Origin: Octopus vulgaris
Lineage: Eukaryota
NCBI GenBank assembly: GCA_951406725.2
Contig: OX597829.1
Coordinates: 9,982,001-10,046,000, forward strand
DNA: 64,000 bases
Reading direction: 5' to 3'
The notes under the pieces: model-generated
Databases searched by the model: none
What the model was told of the DNA's origin: nothing
What the model saw: only the letters and a program-made list of their open reading frames with translations
Position numbers and translations under genes: made by a program
In this document: positions 14,660-29,429 of the stretch, piece after piece
Numbering within the stretch: position 1 is the first letter of the stretch
Layout: the number at the start of each line of letters is the position of its first letter

Positions 14660-16135
14660 CTGTTCTCAATGCCCATGACGTTACCAGTGAAGACAATCTT
14701 TTGCACTTCCTGCATGGATGGTAAACCAGGGATCATTCTCAAATAATTTTCACTTCTTTTATAATCATTCCAATTGCTGCTACTATCGCTGGTATTGTAA
14801 CCGTCTGGATATTCCACATCTTTTCGATTTCGATTAGCAAACCTTTATATTTACCGTGCTTATCAAATTCTTTTACCGAGATATTATGGTAACAGGGTAT
14901 GCTCATGTCAATCAATAACCAAAATTTATTGTTTTGGTCTTTCATAACAATATCTGGCTTATTTGTTTTGATGGTCCGGTCTAATTACTGGGATATCCCA
15001 AAGAATCGTTACATTTCCTCCCTCAGTTACAGCCCCAGAGGGATGATTGTACCATTTGTCAGCAGTTTTGATTTTATAATGCCGAATATTATCCAGTGTA
15101 GATGTTGGCCAACTCTGTCACGTCTTGATTTATATCTACAGTTGCTAAAACCTTACACCCAGAGATTGAGTGGTCCACTGTTTCAATCTCATCGTTGCAG
15201 TATCGGCACTTTGGGTCTACTCCATTTTCCATCATATTGGCTTGATAGTTCTGAGTCAATAAGCTCTGATCTTGAGCAGTCAAGATAAAGCCTTAGCACT
15301 CTGCTTTTAGCCTTGAGCTCCGTAGTCACGAATGGGTGTGCTTCTGGTTTGCTACAAGCCACATATTTGTCATGCAGAGGTTTTTGTTCCCACCTATCAG
15401 CCTCTTTGCTTTACCATTGATTTCATCTTCTTTGCAACTACAGTTACCGCACTTCCATCATGCTGTTCAATCTGAGTATAACGCACACAAGCAGATTTTT
15501 TGCATTCCATAACAGAATGAAGCTTCTTACGTCTATCGTGGTTTTCAACGAGTTTTACCATTCAGCCGTTAGATGTTTCAAGATATTATTTGGCCAGTCC
15601 AGTTGTGGTGGTTTTGTAAGAGATTTCGGCCGATCTGCGTCTACCTTTGGGTGGTGCATCTTATTGCAAGTCAGCACCTTACGGATTTTCCTGTCAATCT
15701 GTCTTATTTCGCACATATTCCAGTTTTGTAAATAACAACCGGAACTGCTAACACCTTGTTACGTGCATTTAACTCGAATTTTAGGATTACTCGAACTTTC
15801 CTGTAACATTCCTTCCTGATCTTCTCTTTCATACTTACATGCTGAATGCCAGAGCCTTCATTTATTCCGGGGTATTTGTAAGTTGGTTCCTGCTCAAGTT
15901 CTTTTATGACTGTGTCAACATCCAACTCAACTGAATGTGAGGTCTTCAGTTTCCCCTTTCTGGAAAGTGACCTTGGCACATTTATCAAGACTAAATTCCA
16001 TCCCAATGTCATCACTGAATGCTTTGATAGTACGTAGCAATCCTTCAAGCTCATTATCGTCTTTGCCATAGAGTTTTAAGTCATGGGAAAAATATTGTTC
16101 TGTTCCCAAAATTTGTATGTTTTCTCCACGAGGAT
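14660..16135 (-). mobile_element. Decayed R4/Dong-type LINE (RT C-terminal half, CCHC finger, RLE endonuclease)
   Basis: ORF pieces DLKLYGK..IGMEFSLDKCA, TYKYPGI, AQDQSL..CRYCNDEIETVDH..GC and LIDMSIP..KHGKYK..IVAAIG; abuts (TAA)n/(TAG)n at 16140-16257. Confidence 0.85.
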
Positions 16136-16153
16136 GGATGTTGTTGTTGTTGG

Positions 16154-16257
<104 letters not shown>

Positions 16258-16319
16258 TTATTTCCATAGCTAATGTTCTTAACAGTACTGTAGCCTTGGT
16301 CAAATGAAGGCCAAAAAAT

Positions 16320-17040
16320 AGGTACATAGCATCTGGAATGTCTCCAAGCGATTCCCACCCTCCACCAGGAAGTATGGATAACTTACAGAAATCTATATTC
16401 TTGCAGTGATAATGTGGGTGTTGCTAATTCGCAATAAACTCAGGAGCATGGAAGTGCTGTTAGCAGGACCAGTCTGAGATGCATACTGAGGGACAAAACT
16501 ATACTGCTTGCAATCTTTAAATGTTCGAGGCCTTGTTGAATGGAGGAGTTTTGTCAAACAACCGTTAATCGCAGGTGGGACGAAACCGTCTCAGCCGAGT
16601 CAGTTGTAGAAATCTCCCATCACCTTCTTTTGGCCGAGAAAGGTAATACAATTTTCCTTTTTCTAGAAATATGGCAAAAGATCAACTTGAAAGGACGGAA
16701 GACAGACTCATTTCTCTTTGACCGAGCTTTCATCGACTTTCTCAAGTTTCATCTAGAAAGAAAAATGAAGGGAGAGTGGCAAATGATGCCATCCAGTAAA
16801 TCTTTTGAAAGCAGGTCAGAGAAGCTAAACCGGTGCGGGTAAATGGGCTTGCTCTGTGCATATGGTTATAAGTAGAAAGACGATAGCCAAAAAAGGGCGC
16901 CTTCCTTCGTAACCATGGTGATCCAGGTTTTTGTGGAGTATCTCTTAAATAGCCCTCAATAGTGACCACCCTATTGGAGAATTTTATTTTTGTTGGAATT
17001 TTCTTGTTTTTTTTTTCGATTTTGTTATTCCTTATTGTTA
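16320..17040 (+). mobile_element. Old Tx1/L1-type LINE 3' end
   Basis: VSAESVVEI..LKGRKTDSFL..FLKFHLERKMK aligns by eye with LSAESIVNI..LKGLETNTFL..FFKYHLKRKVR in the 59044 ORF. Confidence 0.7.
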
Positions 17041-17394
17041 GGAAACCCCAGCTACCACGTTCGCATTACTCGTGTGACAAGGGAAAGAAATCATGCCGAG
17101 CTTGCAAAACCATTACGGTGTCGGAATAATGCGTTGCAGGTATCTATTCTGATTCTTTAAATTCTGAGTTCAAATACTGCCATGATCAACTTCGCCTTTC
17201 ATTCTTTCAGGATTGATGAAATGAGAATACTTCCTTGTGCCTAAATCGGAAACAATTACTATCATCATTGTCATCATCATTATCATTATCGTGATGGTCA
17301 CGACCGTGATGCTTTGTTGTTGTCTTCTTCTTCTTCTTCTTCTTCTTCTTCTTCTTCTTCTTCTTCTTCTTCTCTGTCTGTGTGCCTGTCTGTC

Positions 17395-17448
<54 letters not shown>

Positions 17449-17654
17449 CCTCTCCCTCTCCACCACACGCGATAGACTGGCGGTTGCACTGGCGCAAAAG
17501 CTACGTTGTTATCCTCATTCCGTATACGGTGACTTTTAACGGGTGGAGAGCTGAACCATCCAGAGGGTACAGAGAATTCGCAATCTAAAGTAGGGTCTGA
17601 AAGTTTACCACACCATAGTGGGTTACACCATGGTTCCTCTGCTTTGTGGTAGAA

Positions 17655-17844
17655 GTAGGAAGAAAGAGTGAGAGAAACTTGTGGCGAAAGAGGACAGGTG
17701 GGTTCACCACCTCTCCCCGCCGGAGCTTCGTGGAGCTTAGCTGTTTTTTCTCAATAAATACTCACAATACCCGGTCTGGGAATCGAAACCGCGTTCTTAC
17801 GATCGCGAGTCCGCTGCCCTAACCACTGGGCCATTGCGTCTCCA
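17655..17844 (-). mobile_element. tRNA-derived SINE
   Basis: Minus strand has A box TGGCCCAGTGG and B box GGTTTCGATTCCC, followed by a non-tRNA body. Confidence 0.7.
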
Positions 17845-17880
17845 CTGTTGATGTTGGAGGTAATGGTGGTTTTGTTGTTG

Positions 17881-17952
<72 letters not shown>

Positions 17953-18925
17953 ACAGCAGCAGCAGCAGCGCAACAGCATTAGTAGTTTCAATATTTGTTA
18001 TTGCCAATGTAATCATCGTCCCTCGTCTTTAGTAATGTAAAAATGTAATGAAAACAGTCTTGTCGTATCTGAAGACATTTTGCTCTAAAGATACGTGGGG
18101 GGGGGGGGAGAGAAAGAGAGAGAGAAAGTGAGAGATAAAGAGAGGATAGAGAGAGGTATATATATATATATATAGATAGACAGAGAGGTGACTTGGGAAG
18201 AAAGTGAATGCGGGGGTGAGATATAAAGTACGAAAGATGTTATTAGTTTTGAAGTGACCAATCACGGATTATGTTGAGAAAGAGTATTAATGGAGTGATT
18301 GTCTGTCGGTTGACACCAAGTATAAAGTTGTATATCAAACGTTGAGATAGTAATCAAATATACTGTACGACTGTAGCATACAAGTGTTTTTAGCTTCGGC
18401 CGTAGTATTTAGGCAAGCGATCAAAACTCATAGTAGTTTTCACTGGTCAGAAGAAAAGCATGATTGATGTATGTTAAATAAAGCATCTCATAGCTGGGTT
18501 AGTAGTCTATTTCAAGTGATTGCTAGAAAGAAATTAGGTACTTCGTTGTTCTGTAGAAAATGAGAGATACGGAGGGGGACAGAAATGTAGGTAGAGAGGC
18601 GAAGATAGAAGGAGTGAAAGAGTGTTTGTTAGTGGGACAAAGAGAGTGAAAGACACAAGAAGAGAGATAGATAGATAGGGAGAGAGAGAGAGAGAAGAGA
18701 TAAAGAGAATTCTAGAAACAGAGACAAAAGAATGTGCGAGGAGGAGAGGGAGATGGAATGGGAGAGAAAGTAAGTGATAGAGAGAGAAGCAAATCGATAC
18801 AAACGAAGAAACAAAAGAGCGTCATAAAGACAGTGAGGAAGGAGAAAAGGCAACAAAAGAAAGTGTGTGTGTGTGTGCGTGTGTATGTGCGTGCGTGTGT
18901 GTGCCTTAGAAATGCTCGTGCAAGT

Positions 18926-18965
<40 letters not shown>

Positions 18966-20529
18966 GAAGGCAGGAAAAAAGAGAGAGAGAGAGCCAGTGA
19001 TGAAGGTACAAAGGGAAGCAGAGTGATACAGAGACGAAGACGTAGAGACGGAAAGAACTTGTGTAAAATAGAAACTAAGAAGCAGAGAGGGAGAGAGAAA
19101 GAAAGAGAGAGACTAAGTGAGAAAGATAGACTGAGAGAGAATAGAGAGTGAGAGGGGGTAAGTTAGTGATGGAGCAAGAATAAAAGCGTTTGTGTGTGTG
19201 TGTGTGGCGGAGGTAGCAGTGGGGGGAGCGCATTTAGAATGGGAGGGAAAGTTAAATAAGGACTTTGTTTATTAACTTTTTCCAGAAAGGAAGGGAGCAG
19301 AGTCCTTTTCCTAAAGAACGTTTCTCTTTAATGTTTAGGAAGGAAATCATTGAAGTCGTTCTCTGAATGAGAGCATTAAAAATGGATATTTATGTAAACA
19401 CACCAATGGCATTATTATTAAATGCACTGGTGACAATAAAAAGGTAATGGGTTGTAGTAGTAGTAGTAGCAGCAGCAGCATGAGTAGCAGTAACAGTGTT
19501 ATAAAGTGGGATTGTATGGGTTGGGCACCGGACGAATAGTTTCGCGGCATTTTACTACATCACTGTTTGGTCTGAGTTCGAATTCCATCGTATCCGGCAT
19601 TGCCTTTCGTCCAGTGCCATGCAATGCTGAATCTTGTATGTTTTGTTGTTTCATCTTCAAAGGCGTTCCAGTCGTGCCATTTCTATCATTTTAGGAATAT
19701 TTACTATTACGTTATCAAATATATCCAATCCATTTCTACAACAGTAGAATGTTATTTCACAGTTGTTTTTAGCAGGTCAAGTGAACAAGTAAAGGCCGTT
19801 TTGTTGCTTCAAGCAAATTTATTGACTGACAACCTTTTTGGTTAAGTCACTATTGTTAACTCAGATTTCTTTCTAGCTTGATGCTTCAAAAGTATGGAGA
19901 GGCAGCCGATTCTAGTCCAAGTTCGTCATAGAACAGGTCAGGGCTCAGAATAATGGTGCCGATATTACTCAGCTGAACACCTCTGCAATTCTTCTAGTGA
20001 AAAAAGAAAAATGTCAGACCTCATATACAGGAAGAGTGAGGATGCGATAATAGTTGAAGTGTAGAACTTGAGACCAAGTAAATCGCATGCAGTATCATCA
20101 ATCATTAAATGGCAAGAGAAGGTGACTAACAAAAACAGCAACGCTGACGAAACAACCACAAGAAAATCGCACATGCATATTCCCCAAATTGATTTTTCTC
20201 CTTTCGGGAGAACGCCGAGTGTTGTTGGAATGTATAAAACAAAATTCCAAATGGAGGACGTGGATAAGATTCTACTCCCAAGGTGACAAATGCTAGTCTT
20301 CTGATGACCGTACTAGATTATGTTATCTTTTACTATGGGGAGGTTCCTGTTTGACGCGAAATCTTTACAAGTTGAAGCGACTCTTAAAATATAGCAAAGT
20401 CTTTAGAAAACGCAGAAAACTGGATTGATCGAATTGTCCAGATCCAGATGAAGGAATTCTTTTACATTTATTTCGTATAGAATACAAATATTGACGACAG
20501 TGATGTAAATGTGTGTTGCCTGATAAGGC

Positions 20530-21520
20530 TTGGAAGCAAAGTCACTTGTATTGAGCATCAGATCATCAGATATGAATGTGATAGCCATCAACGAGACAGA
20601 TAAAATGGGGACTATTTTGGGAACTAAATGCGTCAGTCCAAGCGCGGAAACCTGCGGGGATCAGATTTAGTGTAATAGCTATGGAGGAATCGAAGTGAAC
20701 AATCGGCAACAAACAGTAGTTCGTAGATCTCTCTAAGTAGGTTCATTACAGGTGAAGGAACAGGATAGAGTCAAGAAGTAACAATAGAAAACAGATGAAA
20801 TGGGAAGCTTGTCAGCAATTTATAACAAACGGCATCCTGATTGAAGTACTGGAGGTGAATATGACATTTAAATGACAACGAATGCGGTGTGAGAGCTAAG
20901 ATGCATGTTCATAGAGATAAGGGAGCAAATGCCGTTCGATGGGAATAGGAAGGAGAGGTTTGCTGTAGCAAGGAAAAACTTATCTGCATCTTTGACAGAC
21001 AACGATTAGTACGTCCTATTTCATTTGATGTGCGATTTTTCTGCCGCAGTTTGTCTGATTGTTTGGGCGTAGAGGGCGGGCTGAAGACGATGAACTTTAT
21101 TCTCTACCTATAAGTCGGCCGAAGTATGATGTGTTACGAAGCACTGAGGTATGCTCTGCCAGGTGTGATTCTGTTCGTTTGTTCTGTGACATTAATGGAT
21201 ACATGTCAAACTTATTCGCTCCTCTCGTGACAGACATTTATCATAACTGACAGCAGAGTAGAAAATTTCTCATTCGTATTAAGCGGGCTCTTATGGCACT
21301 GCTAAGGAAAGGCGCGAAGGAACATTTTGGACAATTCTGGTCCTTGATTTTACTAAATGCAGATTTAAAACTTGGGACATAATAATTGTAAAAAGATTAA
21401 TACCTGTTTTCTATAGTATACTATAGAGAGTTCTTCCTTTTGCAGTTACCGAAAGGTCTGTCCTCGAAAGCCTCCTTTGCATACGATACATTGTAGGGAG
21501 GGTGAGTGATAAACCTGGTT
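20530..21520 (+). mobile_element. Highly decayed L1/Tx1-type LINE ORF2 remnant
   Basis: MNVIAINET (APE endonuclease motif; compare IITISETRL at 42365) and FWSLILLNADLK (RT motif), with many stops. Confidence 0.5.
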
Positions 21521-21816
21521 TCGTTGAGTTTCTGACTTATTTTTGTGTCACTCCAAAGATTTCAGCCTTGGAGAATTCTTTCCCACTTTCTCTTATAGAA
21601 TTGGTCTTAATCGCCTTTTGATAATTGTAACGAATCTTCTAGAGGCAGAGACAATGTTCATAAATCAATAATTTATGATGTTCAAATACATGCCTCTCCC
21701 AATCTGAGTAATTTCTCTTAACTCATTTTTTTGTTTAATATATACACACACACATACACACGCGCACTCACACACATATAACACACTCACATATAACCAC
21801 CCAACACCCATATATG

Positions 21817-21848
<32 letters not shown>

Positions 21849-22942
21849 TACGCCACACGTCACATTCGTGTGTGTTGTTCAATAACAGAAAACGAAAAAC
21901 AGTAAAAATGTTATTTTCTTTGTCTTCTTTAAGTTTGGCTTCAAACTATAAAAAGTTTGGTTCTGAATTTCATAAAAGATAGCAAGCAGATTAACGTCAG
22001 TTATATCTCACAGCAAATAATGATTTATTTAGATGTTTATGGATAAAAATATACAAGTTTCTTTCACATTTCATTTTCCTTGGTCAATGAACAGAAAGAA
22101 AGGTAGAAACTGCTGATTCGTTGGTTATCAAAACAAAAATACGAGAAAAACAAATTAGCAGACTGAACGAAATTGAGTTTCTTTTTATAGAAATGTGGAG
22201 TAAGCATTGTTGAGCGTGTGGCAAGTCAAATGTATATGCCGTCGTGCTGCAGTTTCTGTGTTTCAATGAAGCGAGTGTGTTTCCATCGTATTAATCCCCA
22301 CCTGTATGACCTGTAAGATGCCTTGAAGGCCGACGGACGAATTTCTCGGCGTTGTATTTCTTTGCTTTCAATATGTGGTTATTTTCTTTTTCCAAAATAT
22401 AAGACTTTTATACCTGAAATGTTAAACCAGTTCAACATTGCAAGAAGCGACGTTATAAAAATAACTACCAATCCGCTTGAGATGGTAAGACGAAATCCCT
22501 TCAAGCATGTCCCAAGTGCTGAGCTCCACCATTTTGACAGTGCCTGTGCTATTCGATGGATTTCATCATGTGGCACTCACAAACTCACGGGAATGAAGAA
22601 CGAAGATGTTTAGAAATTGAATGCCAATTATATAAATGAAACAGAGTTTGTGTAAGTAGCCAGTAAATCAGTGTTTACTCTGGTTTCCTCAGATATATGA
22701 GTTCAGGGATCGATTACCTCTTTTCGTTGCTAAAAAATTAAATAAGTGAAATAAAATAGAATAAAATAAAATAATAAAATGGAGTAGCTTTAATGTATTA
22801 TAATCCACGCCAGACAAGAATCTTGCCTCTTATTGCCTGTTAAAACCAGAGAATATTCCTTAAGAGGGGGAAAGGGTGGTAAATTTTCTTACAAGATACT
22901 GCTGAAGAATAAAAAAATAACCTTCAAGAACAACAACAACAG

Positions 22943-23007
<65 letters not shown>

Positions 23008-23288
23008 GTAATAATAATAAATAATGATAAGGATTTCAATAATAATAATAATATAATTATGAAAAAGGAACAGTAACAATACTTCATTAAAATTTACTTT
23101 CACTTTCATTTTCGACTTAAATGTTCCTTGATATAGAAGTTGAAGAACTGGTAACTATACGATACTACTTTTATTGACACAACACCATAAGGATATATTT
23201 TAACAAATAACATTTTATATTTATTATTTTTAATTTTCTATTTTATATCTTATATCTGCTGGCTGCGAAAATAAATCATTTCAGCCTG

Positions 23289-23354
<66 letters not shown>

Positions 23355-23600
23355 GATAATAAAATAAATTAAAAAAATTTGAAAAAATAAAAATTGCACA
23401 TGGTGAAGATATTGCAAAAACTTCAAAGTATTCACCTTGTCTTTCTTTTAACTTATGACGTAATACATTTTTTTTTGTCTTCCTATATCGCTACATTCTT
23501 TTGCAACGACGGTTCTTATTTCTGCAAACATAAATCTCAAAGCTGAAAACTCACGTCAAAAGATATGCATCTCCCCACTCCACAAAAAAAAAAAATATAT

Positions 23601-23670
<70 letters not shown>

Positions 23671-26600
23671 GACAGCAAACAGCAAGTCATATTGATTGTA
23701 ATAGCGAAAATTCTGATGTAGCAAAATAGGAAAAATATATATACAATAATATAATAAATAGATAAATAAATAAGAAAATAATAACATTAACATCTTATTT
23801 TAAATCTAAATGAAAATAACAAAAGTTACCGAAATTTTGTTTTGCTTTGTTTTCATTATTTTTCTGCTTTTGCTATTTTTTTTATTATTATTAATATTTT
23901 TTCATAATAATTGACTAAAGGGAATAAGAGAGAAAGTATTTTTATGAGATGTCTAAATATCATGCATTAGTCAGGTATAAGACGGTTCAATATGCATACG
24001 AAATAAATGAATCATTCAAAAGAAAAGAAAAAAATGATAAACATAGTGAAAAGAAACAAAAATAGCTAAAATAGCAATATTCGGTAGCATATTAATATAA
24101 TACAATTGAGTAATATTTCCATATTTTGAACTATCCTAATTCACAACACCACGACACTACTAAGATTATAGTTAGCGCACCAGCACTACCTAACAACGCT
24201 TCCACACAAAACAAGAAACAGCTCAAATCTTTACACACTACGACATCAACATGCAACGCTACAATATGCGACAACAGTCACCCAATACACATAGAAAGAC
24301 GCTACACTGTGTAACACACCTACAACACAAAGCAGCGCAATCATATCACCACAAGCAGAACAACAACAACAGTACAACACAACACATTCATAGAACCATA
24401 CATTGCAGTACAGCCAGGATACAACTAAACGTAATGCAACACAGCGAATACTACTATCACAGCACCAACAATTTAACGTAGTACAACGTATGGTATTGGT
24501 ATAATGTATGGTAATGTTGATGGTTAGTATTGGTGTGTATTGCATGGCAGTGTTGGTGTTGCTTGTGGTAGTGCTAATGTATGGTGTATGTTGGTGTGTT
24601 GTGTATACTGGTTGGGTGTATGACGGTGTTGATATTTGGTGTACGGCAGTGTTGCTGCAGTGTATATATTATAAAATTTTCTAGATGTGTGATATATGGT
24701 ATTATTGCTGTGTGACCTATAGTCGTCTGGGTGTATTGTGTATGATAGTTATATAGCGACGAGTTGCAGTGTATGGTAGTTAACGTATAATAGTGCTGGT
24801 GTAGCGTTTGGTTATATTATTTGTGTCAAATATAGTGAAACAATGCTACCATACAGCACACACAATACGAACTTAAACCACCCCTAGTATTACCATACAC
24901 CTTATAATGCTAAAAATACTACGATGTACCACACCTACACTTCTATGAACCAGACCAGTAATACCTACTATAAACCAGGGCATCTCTGTTATACTCAGCT
25001 CAGTTTAATTTAAAATGAAGTTTAAATTCAAATTTACTTTTGAATCTCCAGTTAATATATTTACCCTTGGAAGTTTTGAATATATTCCATTCAAGAATTA
25101 TGAATATTCCATATGTTACTGCTTCTATTTATTATTTAGACAAGTATGTAAAAATAATTAATAGTGATGACTATCGATCTTTGTAAATCAATTCAATCTA
25201 CTGAGGTTGTCTTCCCACCTTTGTGGATTAGAATTAGTCATTTTAAAAATGATGTTTGTTTGCTTTTTTTTTTTTATCACTAAACATGTACCATTAATAT
25301 AACTTCGTAGCTTATTGTGGTTAACAGTGATAACAACTTATAACCGTTGAAACTGAGAAGAGTATTTCAGCATCAAAAGTTTGGTGACAACGTTCTACAG
25401 CCACAATATTTAATTTCATGTTTTGCTGCCTCCGAAAGCCAGTTCTAATTAAGAACGATGTGTTTTACTCGCCACACTCTCACAAATAAAAAAAATAAAA
25501 AAAACAAAAACAACATAATTGATATATTCTCTTGGAAGTCAGGTGCGCGAGTTTCATTATCCCGAGTTTCATTATCCCGAGTCTGCTCAAACATTCCATC
25601 GCCACCCATTGCCGTCATTCGCAACATGCTTTCGCTAATTATTTTAGGTGCTTATGTTAGTGGATACCAGACATAGGCACCCCATCACCACCACCACCAC
25701 TGAAGCATTGCCACCTTTCAACAATGATGCGACAGATGGAAGGAGACAGAAGAGAACCAGCAGCAGCAGCTATCACTAGGCTGATATTCATTTACATGAA
25801 ATGAATTGTCTTGCTGAAGGGCACGAACGTGCCACCCGGTCAATGAACTTAACCCACAACTTTCTGACCTTCAGCCCAACATGCTAACTACCAGCCCACG
25901 CACATCCACAAACAAATGCGCGTGTAACAACGGCTCCTCGCAAAGAAAGGTTAACCTCTCAGAGTTATTAAAAGAAAACAAACAATACCAGGTCAAATGA
26001 CAAAATTTTGTACATAATTATGTATAAAAATTAGGATAATTAAATATTTACTTAATAGTAATCAATTACTTGATAGTGCAGTTCTTTAATTATGGTCAAA
26101 GGTAGCTATAAGACTGTGATTAGCTTTCAGAAGCAACTCTCAATAGCAATTTTAATATATTTACACACGAGGGAGTACTATATTTCAAACTTAGTGCTTT
26201 GTAGTGTGTATGTTTCTCTCTGTGTGTGTGTGTGTATGTGTGTGTGTCTGTCTGTCTGTTTGTGTGTATGTGTATATGTACATATACATACTTATACCTA
26301 ATACAGGCACAAGGTGTGGGATTTGAGGTAGAGACACGGCCAGTTAAATAGTCACCAATATTACGTTTTAATGTATCGACATGGGAGGGATGAAAGGCAA
26401 AGTTAACCTCGGCAGGATTTGAACTCAGACATAAGAAGAAACGTGCGTGAGCGTGTGCGCGCGCATGTTCGTGTATGTATATGTGTGTTTATGTGTGTGC
26501 GTGTGTGTTTGTGTATATGTGTGTCTTTGTGCGTGCGTGAGCCGGGTCACGCATGCACAAACATACAGGGTTCTATACATATTTTATTCTACAAATTTCA

Positions 26601-27241
26601 CTCAAGACGTTAAGCTCTAATAGAAGACCTTTGCTCAAGGTATTATGAGGCAGGATCCAACCCAGGACTACATGGTTTCGAAGCGGAGTCTTTAAGCACT
26701 CAACCATGGCTTCGCCAATATTACTATCGATTTGCTTTTTAGAATCCCGTTTCAGTGGCGCCTGCTATATTTTGTTCACGAAGATCATGGGTTCAAATAT
26801 AACCAATCCGAATGTTTCCCTTGATATGAAAATTAAGATATAATATATTAAGTTTTGTTAAATCTTTACAAAGGTAGTTGTACAGTAGCATAATAATATT
26901 ATTGAGTGCTTTCAAATTCAGTCTGTAGTTAAGGTTGTTTATTTCTTAACGCAGGGTGAAAATTTATCGATAGCAACTTTCATAATAAAAGCGGCAAAAA
27001 ATGTATAACAAAGAATATAGTTTTCAAAGATGTGCTCACTTATAACTACTTACTCAGCACTACCTATGTCAAGTTTTACAGCATCAAAAGAGTTAGGTGT
27101 TTCGGAAAAACTAATACTTCAAAAGAGCCCATATACTTCGTGGTCCCGCATAAACTTAAAATCACATTAGAAATTTCAAAATAACCGTGAAATTTCTATA
27201 TATACGCAACGAGTGAGTATGTATGTATGTATGAATGTATG

Positions 27242-27283
<42 letters not shown>

Positions 27284-27479
27284 TGTGTGTGTGTACGTAA
27301 ATATCGAACGATGAAAATGAATGCTCAACACCGCATTGGTGGTTAGAATTTCATTATTTCTATATTAAGGCTAGTATTGGTTTCATGTTAAGAAAAATAT
27401 CTTAATATCTTAACAACTTTTCAAGCCGTTCTCTAATTTGAATAAAAACACAAAGTCTCGTACAATTCGCTGAGATTTT

Positions 27480-28823
27480 CGTTAAGAAAACATTAAATCA
27501 AAGAGCGCTACTCTTGGATGACATCTTTTGAGTGGTAATATCCCTTGGATTTGACTTTTGGGCAAACAGTTATGCTGCATGGTAAATTTTTTGCATTATC
27601 TTATATTCTTGGCGTATATTATAGTCGTATGCTTGTGTGCTGAGGTAGTTCATCATGGGGATATATTTCTTCTGTGTTTGGATTTTGTGTGCTATGTGTA
27701 TTCAAATTTGGCGTTCAGGAAAAGGGATATCTGGTTGGATTAGCGGAGCAGGTGGTGGTTCCTCTTTGAAGTGTTTAAATGTGAAATATTGCTTGTGTAT
27801 ACAGGGAAATATTTCATCCCTAATGTCTAGGGTATTATTTGTCGACTGTATGATATTTAGTTTTACAGTGATACGGAGTTCATATAAGGTACCCCGTCCT
27901 CTGTATTTTCTAGCTTTAGCAATGATGTTTCATTTTATCTGGAGATTACTTAGTCCACCTTCTTTCAATGTCCATATCATATTGGATAGGTACGTTGCGT
28001 GTATTTTTTTAAATTTTCGTCTCTGAATGAAGCTAGGTGTTGTGTGTACTCTTCCTTGAATGAGCTGCCCGTCATTCCGATATACGTCTTGGCTACTCTT
28101 TGACTTTGTATACAAGTTCTTTTTCGAGACAGTTGTTGCTTAGAAAGCAGCGGTTTGGCAATCTGAAGTTGCATTGTCTTTCGGGGGGTGTTTCTGGTTT
28201 GTTTATTTTTATTGCGGTTGAGTATTATTGACCCAATATTGGGGAGGCACCTATAGCTATCTTTAACAGTGTTTCTGTTGAAGATCTTGTGGTATTTTTG
28301 TGAACATGCGAAGCAGTTGTCTCTTAATTTTAAGAATTTCCTAGCTATTTTAGTGGCTACATTTATGCTATAAGTTGGGTTAATCCAGGAGATTTTCCTA
28401 TGTTTGCGTAATTTTGGTCTATCTGTATTTGATTCGGTGTAGATTATGCTAATCTTGGAGTTGGGCCTTTTAAATGCAGCCTTATATTATGGGACAGCTT
28501 TTTCAAAGGTGTCTTTATCGGCGGATAAATTGGAGACGCACCTGCTAATGTTGTTATCTATTTGTTTAATTGCTACTAGGTGGTTGGAACCTATGTCTGT
28601 GTACGATGCTTCCTCATTTGGTTTATGGTAGGGTTTAAATTTGTCTGTGCTAAGGTTCGTGTTGATATCTAGGTAGTTGACTTCTTTAAGGTCGGTGCTA
28701 ATTTTGCATAATTTTTCCTTAGTCTATCCATATCACGTCTGTTTTGATTGCGTGATATTCCCGGGTCATCGTCCCTATAAGTCTATTGTTAGCTTCTTTA
28801 TTTCTTTTCTAAGAATATCCAGG
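27480..28823 (-). mobile_element. Penelope-like element remnant (RT + GIY-YIG endonuclease)
   Basis: Minus-strand YRDD, NYLDI, KPYHKPN, WINPTYSINVATKI, KIFNRNTVK, KTYIGMTGSSFK and C-terminal LDIRDEIFPCIHK; frameshifted. Confidence 0.85.
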
Positions 28824-28842
28824 TTATATATGTAAAACACAT

Positions 28843-29176
28843 TTTTGTTCTTTTATTTGATTCAGTCATTTGACTGCGGCCATGATGGAGTGCCAACTTT
28901 TTATTCGCAGAATTCAACCGCAGGATTTATTCTTGTAAGCCTACTACTTATTTTAGGGGTTCGTTTGCCACACCGCTAAGTTATGGCGATGTAAACATAC
29001 GTATGTATACACGCGCGCGCGCGCACATGCACACACACATATATACGACGGGTTTCTTTCAGTTCCTGTCAACCAAATTCACTCACAAGGCTTTGGTCGG
29101 CCGAGGTTAAAGTAGAAGAAATTAGTCAAGGTGCCACGCAGTAGACTGAACCCGGAACCATGTGGATGGGAAGTAA
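28843..29176 (-). mobile_element. Octopus-type tRNA-derived SINE (diverged)
   Basis: Reverse-complement match to 29739-30151. Confidence 0.75.
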
Positions 29177-29429
29177 GGAGTGTCTTCAACATCCTAGACT
29201 TACAACGACCATCCCGTGTAAGTTCTGCCTACGACTCTTTCACCAACGACTTGGACTCCAAAGTCACTTTCGGCACAAACATCAACCGAGGAAACTGGAT
29301 AGAAACTGATGAACCCAATGCTCGGATACGAGCTGGAGCCGATGTTATATATATATATATACATATATATATAAATGTAAACAGGCATGCACACACACAT
29401 ACACACACACACACACACACACATATATA

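Noticed and set aside
16418-16485. HDV-like pairing on the minus strand (tgctaa..gcgaattagca)
   Set aside because: Lacks P1.1 and P4, and is explained as decayed LINE coding sequence on the plus strand.
17780-17844. tRNA gene
   Set aside because: A and B boxes continue into a repeat body without an acceptor stem, so it is a SINE head.
18064-18095. cgtat ctgaaga ... atacg
   Set aside because: No GAAA strand or stem II.
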